DNA of 64,000 nt from an uncultured Spirochaetales bacterium (lineage in GTDB: Bacteria > Spirochaetota > Spirochaetia > Sphaerochaetales > Sphaerochaetaceae), in the NCBI GenBank assembly GCA_949285785.1, contig CASEAG010000028.1:165161-229160 (forward strand). Reading direction: 5' to 3'. Position numbers and translations under genes: made by a program. Position 1 is the first letter of the stretch. Each line of letters opens with the position of its first letter. This document shows positions 1 to 9,234 of this stretch, in pieces. Under the pieces are notes generated by a model. It saw only the letters and a program-made list of their open reading frames with translations, made no database searches and had not been told where the DNA came from.

Positions 1-1
1 G

Positions 2-571
2 GTATGCACCTCCCGTGTCGAAGAATACGGCAGCATCAAGGATTTCACGCACAGGGCATACGGAATCCTGGAGCCTAGCCGGCAGGATCTCGATGCGCTT
101 GACGGGGTGCTTGCGACGGACGCAGATGCCCTCGTAGGAGAGGTGGGAATGGATGCCAGGTGGCCGGACGACGGACGAGGCCTGCTGGATGACATCCTGC
201 ACATCATCTCGAAGCACAAGAGACCGTTCGTCCTCCATGTGGTCAGACGGCATGAGGAGGTGCTGGGGATTCTGGCCGCTGCAGGCATCGATCTTCCGTT
301 CATGGTCCACGGCTTCACCTCATCGCCCCAGGTCGCACTTCGCTACATGAGGCTGGGCGGCATCATATCGCTGGGCCCATTATGCCCTGCGACCAGACAT
401 TACAGAGAGCTTCTCGACCTGCCCTTCCTCCTGGAGAGCGACATGCCACTCTCTCCGGACAGCCAGGGCGTGCTCGACAGGCTTTACACGCAGGTGGCGG
501 CCGACATGGGGATCGAGAGGCCACGACTCGAGGAGATGATAGATGAGCGAAGAGCAGTTCTCACGTCTTGA
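2..571 (+). CDS. TatD-family hydrolase, 5'-truncated by the window edge
   Basis: Frame is open from base 2. Motifs VGEVGMD, FVLHVVRRH, MVHGF and LLESDMP fit the TatD TIM barrel. Confidence 0.7.
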   Translation, partial: VCTSRVEEYGSIKDFTHRAYGILEPSRQDLDALDGVLATDADALVGEVGMDARWPDDGRGLLDDILHIISKHKRPFVLHVVRRHEEVLGILAAAGIDLPFMVHGFTSSPQVALRYMRLGGIISLGPLCPATRHYRELLDLPFLLESDMPLSPDSQGVLDRLYTQVAADMGIERPRLEEMIDERRAVLTS

Positions 572-1268
572 ATGCCTTGTGGGGCATGATGCTGTGTGCA
601 GGCTCCACGATGCACATGTCATGATAGTAGGCATCGGAGCGGTCGGCGGCTGGGCGATGGAGTCGCTTGTGCGCTGCGGCATAGGCCATCTCGCCCTGGT
701 GGACTTCGATGTCGTCGAGCCGTCCAACATCAACCGCCAGGTGATCGCTACCCACGACACCATCGCACAGAAGAAGGTGGACGCGGCCGGAAGGCGCTGT
801 CTCTCCATCTGGCCCCGGTGCGACGTGCAGGCGATCGACGTCTTCGTGGACGACGAAAACGCATCCGGTCTCGTCGAGGGGATGGACATTGTGCTGGACT
901 GCAACGACACGGTGAAGGCGAAGGCCGCACTCATCGGGGCATGCCAGGAGAAAGGTGTGACGATCATCTCGTCCATGGGGGCGGCGCTGCGCACCGACCT
1001 CTCGCTGATAAGGACCGGGCTGCTCAAGGACACGCATGGCTGTCCGCTGGCACGTGCGCTCCGGGGCGAGGTGCGCAGACGTGGACTGTCGCTGGACGTG
1101 CCTGTCGTCTTCTCGAGCCAGGAGGTGAATCCCGGCTGTTCCCGGCCTGCCATGGTCGGCGATGACGCAAGACGCAAGCAGACGGCGCTCGGCAGTCTGC
1201 CGACCGTCACCGCCGTGTTCGGCCAGTATATGGCCCATGAGGCGCTGATGCGCCTTATCAGTGGATGA
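543..1268 (+). CDS. tcdA: tRNA threonylcarbamoyladenosine dehydratase (ThiF/E1-like)
   Basis: Motifs GIGAVG, VDFDVVEPSNINRQ, SSMGAA, CPLARALR and VVFSSQE. Confidence 0.85.
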   Translation: MSEEQFSRLECLVGHDAVCRLHDAHVMIVGIGAVGGWAMESLVRCGIGHLALVDFDVVEPSNINRQVIATHDTIAQKKVDAAGRRCLSIWPRCDVQAIDVFVDDENASGLVEGMDIVLDCNDTVKAKAALIGACQEKGVTIISSMGAALRTDLSLIRTGLLKDTHGCPLARALRGEVRRRGLSLDVPVVFSSQEVNPGCSRPAMVGDDARRKQTALGSLPTVTAVFGQYMAHEALMRLISG

Positions 1269-1824
1269 CGGCCTTGCCGAAGAACTCCGGACGATGGAAG
1301 TCGGGCTTCTCCAGTGGGATGTCGAACAGCGAGAGGAAATGAGGACGCTGCAGACCATCGCCGCACTTGTAGAGGTTGAAGGCGATCTCATGTGGAGCCG
1401 AAGGGATTATCCCCAGCTTCACCAGGTCGATTCTCGCCTCGAGCGTCCAGCGGCTTCTCCTGTTGTCGTTCTGGAGTATCTCGACGGCGTCGGTGATGGC
1501 CGAGCGCTCCTGGTCGCTGTAGCGCACCCGGTCCTTCCGCCCTGCTCCATGCGCAGCCAGGAATGCACCTGATGCGCTGAACTCGAGGTTGGAATACTCC
1601 TGCGACAGGGGATTCATGACGAAGACCTCGACACAGCTGTCCGTCCATACCTTGCCGTTGGGCTCCCAGACCATGCGCCTGAGCTCCCTCTCGCTGACGT
1701 GGAACCTTACGCACAGCACTCCATCCTGTGCCGAGATGCCGACTTTGACCGAGACATCCTCTCTGAGACTTCCCCACAGATAGTTGTCCAGGGAAAGCTC
1801 CTTCACTTCGCGATCGATATCCAT
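1258..1824 (-). CDS. Carbohydrate-binding family 9-like (CBM9/DOMON-like) protein
   Basis: Motifs VWTDSCVEVF, YSNLEFSASG and FNLYKCGD...PHFLS. Start moved to the ATG at 1824. Confidence 0.7.
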   Translation of the reverse strand: MDIDREVKELSLDNYLWGSLREDVSVKVGISAQDGVLCVRFHVSERELRRMVWEPNGKVWTDSCVEVFVMNPLSQEYSNLEFSASGAFLAAHGAGRKDRVRYSDQERSAITDAVEILQNDNRRSRWTLEARIDLVKLGIIPSAPHEIAFNLYKCGDGLQRPHFLSLFDIPLEKPDFHRPEFFGKAVIH

Positions 1825-1862
1825 GGTCGTAATACTATCACATGAGTCGGCATAAAAGAATA

Positions 1863-1884
1863 CAGGAACCCGACCGGGTTCCTG
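1863..1884 (-). terminator. Intrinsic terminator after the bS22-like gene
   Basis: 9-bp stem CAGGAACCC/GGGTTCCTG with a 4-nt loop, followed on the minus strand by TATTCTTTT. Confidence 0.7.
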
Positions 1885-1912
1885 CATCGCACGTCATCGA
1901 CGCTCACAAGAG

Positions 1913-2002
1913 CTACTTCTTCTTATGCCTGTTGGCTCTGAGTCTCTTCTTCCTCTTGTGAGTCGCTATCTTGTGCTTCTTTCTTTTCCTACCACAAGGC
2001 AC
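1913..2002 (-). CDS. 29-aa basic protein MPCGRKRKKHKIATHKRKKRLRANRHKKK; ribosomal protein bS22 (AURKAIP1/COX24/DUF1713-like)
   Basis: Translated by hand (absent from the ORF track). GTG start with AAGGAG 7 nt upstream, own promoter and terminator. The HKRKKRLRxNRHKKK pattern matches bS22. Confidence 0.85.
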   Translation of the reverse strand: MPCGRKRKKHKIATHKRKKRLRANRHKKK

Positions 2003-2050
2003 GGTCTGTCTCCTTATATCCAATTGGAAATTTTGTAATTACGGTTGGTC

Positions 2051-2080
2051 ATTATGCCAACGTGTGCCGCCTTTGGTCAA
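2051..2080 (-). promoter_or_regulatory. Sigma70-like promoter of the bS22-like gene
   Basis: TTGACC-N18-CATAAT on the minus strand, with a TG extension. Confidence 0.55.
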
Positions 2081-2103
2081 TACTCTCCGCCTAAGCCGAT
2101 ATA

Positions 2104-3375
2104 TCACAGCAGCCATCTGCCTGCGACGGCCTTGTGCGCGACCGGTGCCTCTGGTCTGAGGTAGGCGTAGCGCTCAAGCCGTTCCTCGACACCGAGGTTC
2201 TCGATTGTCGTCGGCAGCGTGGAGTCGTCCAGGACCACGATGTCGGCTTCATAGCCCGGGAGGAAGGTGCCCACGTCGCCGAAGAACGAACCGCCTATGA
2301 CACTGGCCATGTGGAAGGCCTCGCGGAAGCAAAGCGGCTTCATCGACTGGTCGACATGCCGCCAGTACATCTTGCTCACCTTTATGGCATCCGTGATCGA
2401 TCGCAGCAGCGAAAGCGTCGTGCCTCCGGCGACATCGCTGCCCAGCCCTATCCTGCAGCCCCTGTCTAGATAATACCGTGCACACATCAGGCCGGATGAC
2501 AGGTTGGTGTTGGAGTCGGGGCAGTGGGCGATCCAGATGTCATCATCCGCCAGCATCTCCTCCTCGTGACCCAGGGAATACACGCAGTGGGCCATGATGG
2601 TCCTGCGGCCGCCCCACAGGCCGAGAGCGCGGTATGCATCGGCATAGGAGGTCGAATCCGGGCACAGCTCCTTCACCCACTCCAGCTCGCCGAGGTTCTC
2701 CGACAGATGGCTCTGCACAGGCAGATTCCTCTCGTCGGCGATAGTGGCCAGAGCCCTGCACAGCCCGTCCGTACAGCTTGGTATGAAGCGTGGTGTGACG
2801 ACAGGTCTGACGAGAGAGCACGTAGAGGTGACCTCGTCTATGTATGCAAGGGTGTCGCGGATCGACTGCCCCGTCTCCTCGCACAGGATGTCCGGGCTGT
2901 TGCGGTCCATGTTCACCTTGCCCACGAAGCACGGAAGTCCAGCCTCCTCGAGCTTCCTGCAGAGCACCATCGTAGAATCGGCATGGATCGTGGCGAATAT
3001 GCTGGCACGGGTCGTGGGGCTCCTGAGCAGGTCATCGACGAAAATGCCGTATGCCTTTCCGGCATATGCCTCGTCGCGGTAGCGCGCCTCCTCGGGGAAC
3101 GTGTGTGTGTTCAGCCATTGTATGAGCTCCTCATCCATCCACAGACCGCGGAACTGGTACTGGCTGGCGTGCACATGCAGATCGGACAGCCCGGGGATGA
3201 CGAGCTTGCCCGAGAAGTCCTTCACATCCAGATGCGAATACCTTTCGGGAAGGCGCTGCCAGACGCCTTCAACCTTTCCGTCCACGACGACGAGCCAACC
3301 GTCCCTGACGGCCCTGGCGACGCTTGGCGATTCGGTGTAGTAGATGTCTCCTCTTGCTGCAAAAGTCCTCTCCAT
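2104..3375 (-). CDS. guaD: Guanine deaminase (amidohydrolase)
   Basis: Motifs DLHVHASQY, WLNTHTFPEE, TPRFIPSC, QSHLSEN, MAHCV, HCPDSNTNL and GLGSDVAGG. ATG at 3375 has GGAGGAG upstream. Confidence 0.9.
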   Translation of the reverse strand: MERTFAARGDIYYTESPSVARAVRDGWLVVVDGKVEGVWQRLPERYSHLDVKDFSGKLVIPGLSDLHVHASQYQFRGLWMDEELIQWLNTHTFPEEARYRDEAYAGKAYGIFVDDLLRSPTTRASIFATIHADSTMVLCRKLEEAGLPCFVGKVNMDRNSPDILCEETGQSIRDTLAYIDEVTSTCSLVRPVVTPRFIPSCTDGLCRALATIADERNLPVQSHLSENLGELEWVKELCPDSTSYADAYRALGLWGGRRTIMAHCVYSLGHEEEMLADDDIWIAHCPDSNTNLSSGLMCARYYLDRGCRIGLGSDVAGGTTLSLLRSITDAIKVSKMYWRHVDQSMKPLCFREAFHMASVIGGSFFGDVGTFLPGYEADIVVLDDSTLPTTIENLGVEERLERYAYLRPEAPVAHKAVAGRWLL

Positions 3376-3389
3376 AGGAATTCTCCTCC

Positions 3390-3457
3390 AGAGGTAGCAG
3401 GGGCTGGTATCGGAAGCCCGTAGAGACGACCACCCATCACGTGGTCCTATACCCTCT
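3390..3457 (-). ncRNA. Purine (guanine-type) riboswitch aptamer, variant
   Basis: Minus strand folds as P1 GGGUA/UACCU, J1/2 UAG, P2 GACCAC/GUGGUC with loop GUGAUGG, J2/3 GUCUCUAC, P3 GGGCU/AGCCC with a CCGAUAC loop, then CUG-C-UAC. It lies directly before the guaD RBS. Confidence 0.8.
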
Positions 3458-3460
3458 TTC

Positions 3461-3469
3461 ATGATAACA
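3461..3469 (-). promoter_or_regulatory. Extended -10 promoter for the riboswitch-guaD transcript
   Basis: TG-T-TATCAT on the minus strand places the predicted start at about 3454-3455, the 5' end of P1. The -35 element is poor. Confidence 0.5.
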
Positions 3470-3572
3470 CCGACTGGCCGATGGCGCCAGATGTCTTTTT
3501 TTCGAAGTTTCCTCTCGCCTTTTGCCGTTTCTTGTTCTAATATTTCTAGTCCAGGGGAAATTTGACAGACAG

Positions 3573-4934
3573 ATGAAGATACTTGTCCTCGGTCTTGGCA
3601 CGAACGGTGGCGGAAGAGCCGCCGCACTCCATTTCGCACATGACGAACACGCCCAGGTGCGCGTGTCCGACATGGCTCCCCGCTCATCATTCGGGGATGT
3701 GCCCGACGAGCTGGAGCGACTCGGCGTGGAATGCCACTTCTCGCACAGCGATCCGAAGGACGACATAAAGTGGGCCGATGTCGTGATCAAGAACCCTGCG
3801 GTCCCCACGTCTATGCCGCAGCTGTCCCTTGCCAGGCGGATCGCCAACGACTTCTCGTATCTGTTCAGCATGCCCTGGATCGGACGGGTGAAGCTTGTCG
3901 CGGTGACCGGGACGAAGGGGAAGACGACAACTGTCGCTGCCATACAGCATGGGCTTCAGGAGATGGGACAGGAGGCCCTGATCTGCGGGAACATCGGAAT
4001 CTCCGCATTCACCGTGATCGAGGAGGTCGACAGGAGAATCGCCGACGGCCGACCGCTGCCGAAATACATCGTCATGGAGATGTCGAGCTGGCAGATACAC
4101 GACACCTACATCGCGCTCAACGGCGTGATGCCGTCTCTGGAGCTGGCCATCTTCACCAGCAAGTATGCAGACCACCAGAACAGCTACCACAACCTCAGGG
4201 AATACTACGACGACAAGCTGAAGCTCTTCGGCCCGCAGTGCCGCATGATACTCGTCAACTCGCACAACCGGGACTTCTTCCTGAAGCATACGTTCGGCCT
4301 GAAGAAGCTGGTGCACGTATTCCCCGGCTACGGCAACCCCTTCAGGCAGACGAAGATGGAGCTGCAGTGCGCCTTCGTCGCGCTGCGCATGCTCGGCTAC
4401 GCCAGAAAGCAGGTTGCCGCAGCCCTGTCGACATACAAGGGAATGCCTCACCGCATCGAGCAGGTGGCCCTGTTCAAGGACATCATGTTCGTCAACGACT
4501 CCGCCGCCACGATAGCCGAGGCGGTGAGCTTCTCGATGAAGAACATCGCACCGCTGTCCACCCATCTGATCTGCGGAGGCACGGACAAGGACCTCAAGGC
4601 GGATGGCATGCAGGATGCGCTGCAGGCGGCATCGTCCGTGACGCTGCTCGACGGGTCGTTCACTCGTGGCCGCCTCATGCCGCTGCTCGACAGTCTCTCG
4701 ATTCCCTATCGGGGACCGTTCAGGACGATGAAGGAGGCCTTCGACGTGGCCGTGGCCGCAGCCGAGGCCAAGAGGGACGAGTTCAACCAGGTGCAGTGCG
4801 TCCTGCTCTCCCCGGGAGCCGCATCGTTCGAGCTGTTCAGGAACGAGTTCGACCGCGGCAACCAGTTCAAGGTCCTGGTCAAGACCTATGTGGCGAAGAA
4901 GAGCGGGCAGCGGAGGTTCTCGCTGAAGGACTAG
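3573..4934 (+). CDS. murD: UDP-N-acetylmuramoyl-L-alanine--D-glutamate ligase
   Basis: Motifs GLGTNGGG, AVTGTKGKTTT, EMSSWQ, PHRIE, NDSAAT and LSPGAASFELF. Confidence 0.9.
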   Translation: MKILVLGLGTNGGGRAAALHFAHDEHAQVRVSDMAPRSSFGDVPDELERLGVECHFSHSDPKDDIKWADVVIKNPAVPTSMPQLSLARRIANDFSYLFSMPWIGRVKLVAVTGTKGKTTTVAAIQHGLQEMGQEALICGNIGISAFTVIEEVDRRIADGRPLPKYIVMEMSSWQIHDTYIALNGVMPSLELAIFTSKYADHQNSYHNLREYYDDKLKLFGPQCRMILVNSHNRDFFLKHTFGLKKLVHVFPGYGNPFRQTKMELQCAFVALRMLGYARKQVAAALSTYKGMPHRIEQVALFKDIMFVNDSAATIAEAVSFSMKNIAPLSTHLICGGTDKDLKADGMQDALQAASSVTLLDGSFTRGRLMPLLDSLSIPYRGPFRTMKEAFDVAVAAAEAKRDEFNQVQCVLLSPGAASFELFRNEFDRGNQFKVLVKTYVAKKSGQRRFSLKD

Positions 4935-5899
4935 ATCCTTCCGCCTCTGGCGAAGCGGTAGCGCATGGAGTCCACTGTCCTGAACAATCCGGCGGACAGG
5001 GGACGGCAGTCGTAGTCCATCGTGACAGGTCTGTAGACACGCGTTCCTCCGAACGAGGTCTTGAAGGTCGTCAGCGACGAAAGATGTCCGTCCACCTCGT
5101 CCCTGCCGTCGATGCCGAACAGGTCGTACACCTCCACACCTGCCGAGCGTGCCTCCATGATCGCATGGACCTGGAGCGCATAGCCGCATGAAACGTTTCC
5201 TGTATGCTTGAGCGAGGAGCCGAAGAGGTAGACCTCCTCATGTCGGGTGCGGAGCGTGATGATCCCCCCGCTGATGATACCGTCGGAATACGCCATGTAG
5301 AGATTGGGCTCGACGGCGTGATCCATGATGTCGAAGATGGAGCGCATGTACTGCCGGCTTCTAGCATGGAAGTGGTCGCGCACAGCTGTATGGACATATG
5401 TGTCGTACCATGAGGAGAAGGTGTCCTCGTCACCATCCCATCGCCGCACGATCACGGCGTCCTCCTTGCGAAGATTGCGCCTCACTCTGTCCTTGAAGTC
5501 CAGATCCTGCGTGAGGTCTATGCGGACGGTCCCGACCGGCTGGATCGATGAAGAACACCTCACAAGGCCATTCCAGCCGTCCTCGGCATTGCCCCAGTCA
5601 AGATCGTAGCGGATCATCATGGGTCGAGGATCGAGCACCGATGCAGCCTGATGAGAGAACTCCAGGAGCTCGGCGGGATCAATGCCTCCTGGAAAGCCCA
5701 TCGGCACATAGGCCATTGAGAATCCTCTGATGAAGGTCCTGGAAAGCACGAGGACAGTACCCGAGTACGAGGTACCGTCCACGCTGAAGGCATGCCCGCT
5801 CCAGCCGTTACGGCTCTTGAGAGCTGCCCAGAATGCGCTCTGGAAGGGGCAGATGCCCTCCAGAGCCGATAGAGGTATGGTCTTAGCCGACAGGGCCAT
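4931..5899 (-). CDS. FemABX-family peptidoglycan bridge aminoacyltransferase (lipid II:glycine glycyltransferase-like)
   Basis: Motifs FQSAFWAALK, YLFGSS, YDLFGI and LTTFKTSFGG. Convergent with murD. Confidence 0.75.
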   Translation of the reverse strand: MALSAKTIPLSALEGICPFQSAFWAALKSRNGWSGHAFSVDGTSYSGTVLVLSRTFIRGFSMAYVPMGFPGGIDPAELLEFSHQAASVLDPRPMMIRYDLDWGNAEDGWNGLVRCSSSIQPVGTVRIDLTQDLDFKDRVRRNLRKEDAVIVRRWDGDEDTFSSWYDTYVHTAVRDHFHARSRQYMRSIFDIMDHAVEPNLYMAYSDGIISGGIITLRTRHEEVYLFGSSLKHTGNVSCGYALQVHAIMEARSAGVEVYDLFGIDGRDEVDGHLSSLTTFKTSFGGTRVYRPVTMDYDCRPLSAGLFRTVDSMRYRFARGGRI

Positions 5900-8108
5900 T
5901 GAGGTACTTGCTGCAGCCGATCGTCCTGCCATCGATTCCGATCGTCTTGCCGTCGACCATGAGCACGCCGTCCTTCATGTAGAGCGGCATGGCGAAGAAG
6001 TGGTCGGGCTTGATGTATGTCGTCACCTTCTCCACCTCTCCCTGGTCGGCCACCTTGAGAACAGTGCCTGCAGGGATGTCGTCGGCGAAGAGCACCTCGC
6101 ATGTCGTATGCTCCTCGGCATCAGGGTCGCTCGCGGCAAGCAGCATACCGTAGGACTTCACGCCTCTGAAGTTTGCAGGCTTCAGGTTGGCCACGACTAT
6201 GATGTTGCGTCCCTCGAGCTCCTCCGCCTTGTAGTACGGGACGATGGACGAGACTATCGTCCTGCCCTCCTCGCTGCCGTCATCCAGATGCAGGATGTAG
6301 AGAAGATCCCCGTTGGGATGCTTCTCGACCTGGGCTATGCGTGCGACCTTGAGAGTCACGCGGCGTTCGAACTGATGGGCGATGCTCTCGTCCACGCTCT
6401 CGACGGCCTTTGATTCTGTATTCATCTTCCTCTCCTCCTGATGGGTCTTCTTCTCCTCACGTTCGGCCTGGGAACCGCTGTAACGCTCCTTGAGCGTCGC
6501 GACGAGGTCGTCGTCAAGCTTGCTGAACAGCAGGCTCACACCACCTACGCTCTCCAGACCGTCGAAGTCCATGAGATCCTGCCATGTCCATCTCATGTCA
6601 CCGAAGAACGAGAATATCCTCGCGGCTGTGGATGGCATATACGGCTCGATCATCACGGCGACGTCGCGGATCATGAGACAGAGCGTGCGCAGCAGACGTG
6701 CGGCCTTCTGAGGATCCTCCTTCCTCGCCTTCCACGGTTCACCGGCTTGGAAGGCCCTGTTTCCGTCGTCGCACAGGCTGAAGATGGTGCGAAGAGCATC
6801 ACGCTCCTCGGCATGCTCCAGCAGGTCTGTGATCCGGGCCTCCTTGTCCTTCATCAAGGCGACGAGATCCCCGTCGAGATCCCCCTCGGGGACACGGCCG
6901 TCATAGAAGCGGCTGACGAAGGTCAGCGTCCTGTTGACAAGATTGGAGAGGTTTCCGATCAGCTCGCCGTTCACCTTCTCCTGGAAGTCGGACCATGAGA
7001 AGTTGACATCGCTCTTCTCGGGACGGTTGTAGAACATGTAGAAGCGCCAGACGTCCGCCGGGATGCCGGTGGCCTGCACGTCGTTGCCGAACACGCCGAT
7101 GCCAAGGCTCTTGGAGAACTTGCCACCCTCGTAGTTCAGGTACTCCGTGGATGACATGTGATGCAGCATGGTCCACTTCTCTCCGCTTGCAAGCAGAGTG
7201 GCAGGGAAGATGACCGTATGGAACGGGATGTTGTCCTTGCCGATGAACTGGAACAGCTCCGTGTTCTCGGGATCCTGCCACCAGCGTCTCCAGTCATCCC
7301 TTGCGCTTGCCGTCATCGAGATGTAGCCGATGGGAGCATCGAACCAGACGTAGAAGACCTTGTCCTCGAAGCCCTTGCGGGGAACGGGGATGCCCCATTT
7401 CAGGTCACGGGTTATGCAGCGCTCCTTGAGCCCGTCGCGGATCCATGACGATGTGACCTGGACCGCGTTCTTCGCCCAGAAGCCGTCAACGGAGGCCTTC
7501 TCGATCCACTTCGTCAGCAGAGGCAGGGCCTTGGGCAGGTCGATGTACAGATGCCTGGTCTTCTTCAGTACGGGCGTCGTACCGCACACGGAGCAGCGGG
7601 GATCGACGAGATCCGTCGGGTCGAGAAGCGTCTGGCATGCGTCGCACTGGTCTCCACGGGCGCCATCGCTTCCGCAGTGGGGGCAGGTACCGAGCACGAA
7701 GCGGTCCGCAAGGAAACGTCCGCACTTGGGGCAGTACAGCTGCTCGATCTCCTCTTCCCGGATATATCCGTTCCTGTCGACCTCCTCGAAGATCGACTGG
7801 ACGATCTCGGTGTGACGAGGGGTGCTCGTGCGGCCGAAGTAGTCGAACGAGATGTCGAACCACCTGTAGATGTCCTCATGTATCGCATGATAGTGGTCGC
7901 ACAGCTGGCGCGGCGTCACGCCCTCCTGGAGGGCCCTTGTCTCGCTTGCGGTCCCGTATTCGTCGGTTCCGCAGACATAGAACGTCTCATAGCCCCTGGA
8001 ACGGCAGAAGCGTGCGAACACGTCGGCGCTCAGGACCTGTGTCAGATTACCCAGATGCGGGATGTTGTTCACATACGGCAGAGCCGATGTTATGAGTCTC
8101 TTCTTCAC
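5883..8108 (-). CDS. metG: Methionyl-tRNA synthetase with C-terminal tRNA-binding domain
   Basis: Motifs TSALPYVNNIPHLGN and KFSKS, two Zn knuckles, and a C-terminal OB fold (HPNGDLLY, GVKSYGMLLAA). Confidence 0.95.
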   Translation of the reverse strand: MKKRLITSALPYVNNIPHLGNLTQVLSADVFARFCRSRGYETFYVCGTDEYGTASETRALQEGVTPRQLCDHYHAIHEDIYRWFDISFDYFGRTSTPRHTEIVQSIFEEVDRNGYIREEEIEQLYCPKCGRFLADRFVLGTCPHCGSDGARGDQCDACQTLLDPTDLVDPRCSVCGTTPVLKKTRHLYIDLPKALPLLTKWIEKASVDGFWAKNAVQVTSSWIRDGLKERCITRDLKWGIPVPRKGFEDKVFYVWFDAPIGYISMTASARDDWRRWWQDPENTELFQFIGKDNIPFHTVIFPATLLASGEKWTMLHHMSSTEYLNYEGGKFSKSLGIGVFGNDVQATGIPADVWRFYMFYNRPEKSDVNFSWSDFQEKVNGELIGNLSNLVNRTLTFVSRFYDGRVPEGDLDGDLVALMKDKEARITDLLEHAEERDALRTIFSLCDDGNRAFQAGEPWKARKEDPQKAARLLRTLCLMIRDVAVMIEPYMPSTAARIFSFFGDMRWTWQDLMDFDGLESVGGVSLLFSKLDDDLVATLKERYSGSQAEREEKKTHQEERKMNTESKAVESVDESIAHQFERRVTLKVARIAQVEKHPNGDLLYILHLDDGSEEGRTIVSSIVPYYKAEELEGRNIIVVANLKPANFRGVKSYGMLLAASDPDAEEHTTCEVLFADDIPAGTVLKVADQGEVEKVTTYIKPDHFFAMPLYMKDGVLMVDGKTIGIDGRTIGCSKYLNGPVG

Positions 8109-8250
8109 TTCATTCTCCTGGACAGTAGAGCATCATATCCATTTTGCCGCACTTTTTCCACACGCATCGGGATTCCAGATTGCCCCTTGCCCTCTTTTGC
8201 CCTATATTTTCCATCGTTGACCACGGGAAAGGTCATCAAGGAGACACAAG

Positions 8251-9234
8251 ATGAGCGATGAAGAGCAGGTCGTACGTCCTGCACGCAGACCCCGGGGGAC
8301 GCTTTCCCCGAAGATAGTCGTCGCCATAGTCATCGTCGTCCTGGTACTCGCGTCTGTCGCAAGCGGCTTCTTCGTGGTCGACCAGACCGAGCAGGCGGTG
8401 GTGCTTAGACTGGGGCGATACGAGAGGACGGTGGGACCGGGCCTCCAGCTGAGGCTGCCGTTCGGAATCGAGACCAGCCACAACGTGCCGACGCAACTGG
8501 TGCAGACGCTCACCTTCGGCTACAGGGCGACCGACAGCACCGGAACAGGGCTGACCGGGGCGCAGAGCTACGATGACGAATCGGTGATGCTTACCGGCGA
8601 CCTCAACATCGTTGACGTCGAATGGATCGTCCAGTACAGAATCAACGACCCGCGCAAATGGCTGTTCAACGTGGAGGACAAGGAGACCACCATCCGCGAC
8701 ATCTCCCAGTCCGTCATGAACGCCCTGGTCGGGGATCTGCCGATCCTGTCGGTCATGACGGATCTCAGGACGCAGATCGAGATCGATGCCCAGGAGAGGA
8801 TGCAGACCATATTCGACGGATATGACTTCGGCATCGAGGTCGTCACGGTCAAGCTGCAGAACATCGTTCCTCCCGAGGGCGCGGTACAGGATGCCTTCGA
8901 AGACGTCAACAAGGCCATCCAGGACATGAACAAGTCCATCAACGAAGGCAAGGAATACTACAACACCGCCATCCCCGAAGCGCAGGGAGAGGCGAACAGG
9001 ATCGTCCTCCAGGCGGAAGGCTACGCAGCCCAGCGTGTCAACCAGGCCATTGGCGACGTGGCGGCCTTCGATGCGATGAAGGCAAGCTATGAGCAGGCCC
9101 CGGAGGTCACACGGACGAGGCTGTACCTCGAGACGATGACGGATGTCCTCGCTCCTGAGAACGGACAGGTGACCCTCGTCGACTCCTCGCTCGAGAACTT
9201 CCTGCCGGTGAAGAACATAGGAGGTGGCGTATGA
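8251..9234 (+). CDS. hflK: FtsH protease modulator HflK (SPFH)
   Basis: N-terminal TM segment, MLTGDLNIVDVEW, VQDAFEDVNKA and VTRTRLYLETM. Confidence 0.9.
   Translation: MSDEEQVVRPARRPRGTLSPKIVVAIVIVVLVLASVASGFFVVDQTEQAVVLRLGRYERTVGPGLQLRLPFGIETSHNVPTQLVQTLTFGYRATDSTGTGLTGAQSYDDESVMLTGDLNIVDVEWIVQYRINDPRKWLFNVEDKETTIRDISQSVMNALVGDLPILSVMTDLRTQIEIDAQERMQTIFDGYDFGIEVVTVKLQNIVPPEGAVQDAFEDVNKAIQDMNKSINEGKEYYNTAIPEAQGEANRIVLQAEGYAAQRVNQAIGDVAAFDAMKASYEQAPEVTRTRLYLETMTDVLAPENGQVTLVDSSLENFLPVKNIGGGV

Noticed and set aside
3687-5191. Long alternative-frame and antisense ORFs over murD, and similar ones over asnS (22115-23497) and fadD (45278-47260)
   Set aside because: These are shadow ORFs expected from high GC3. 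They have no motifs and fully overlap well-supported genes.
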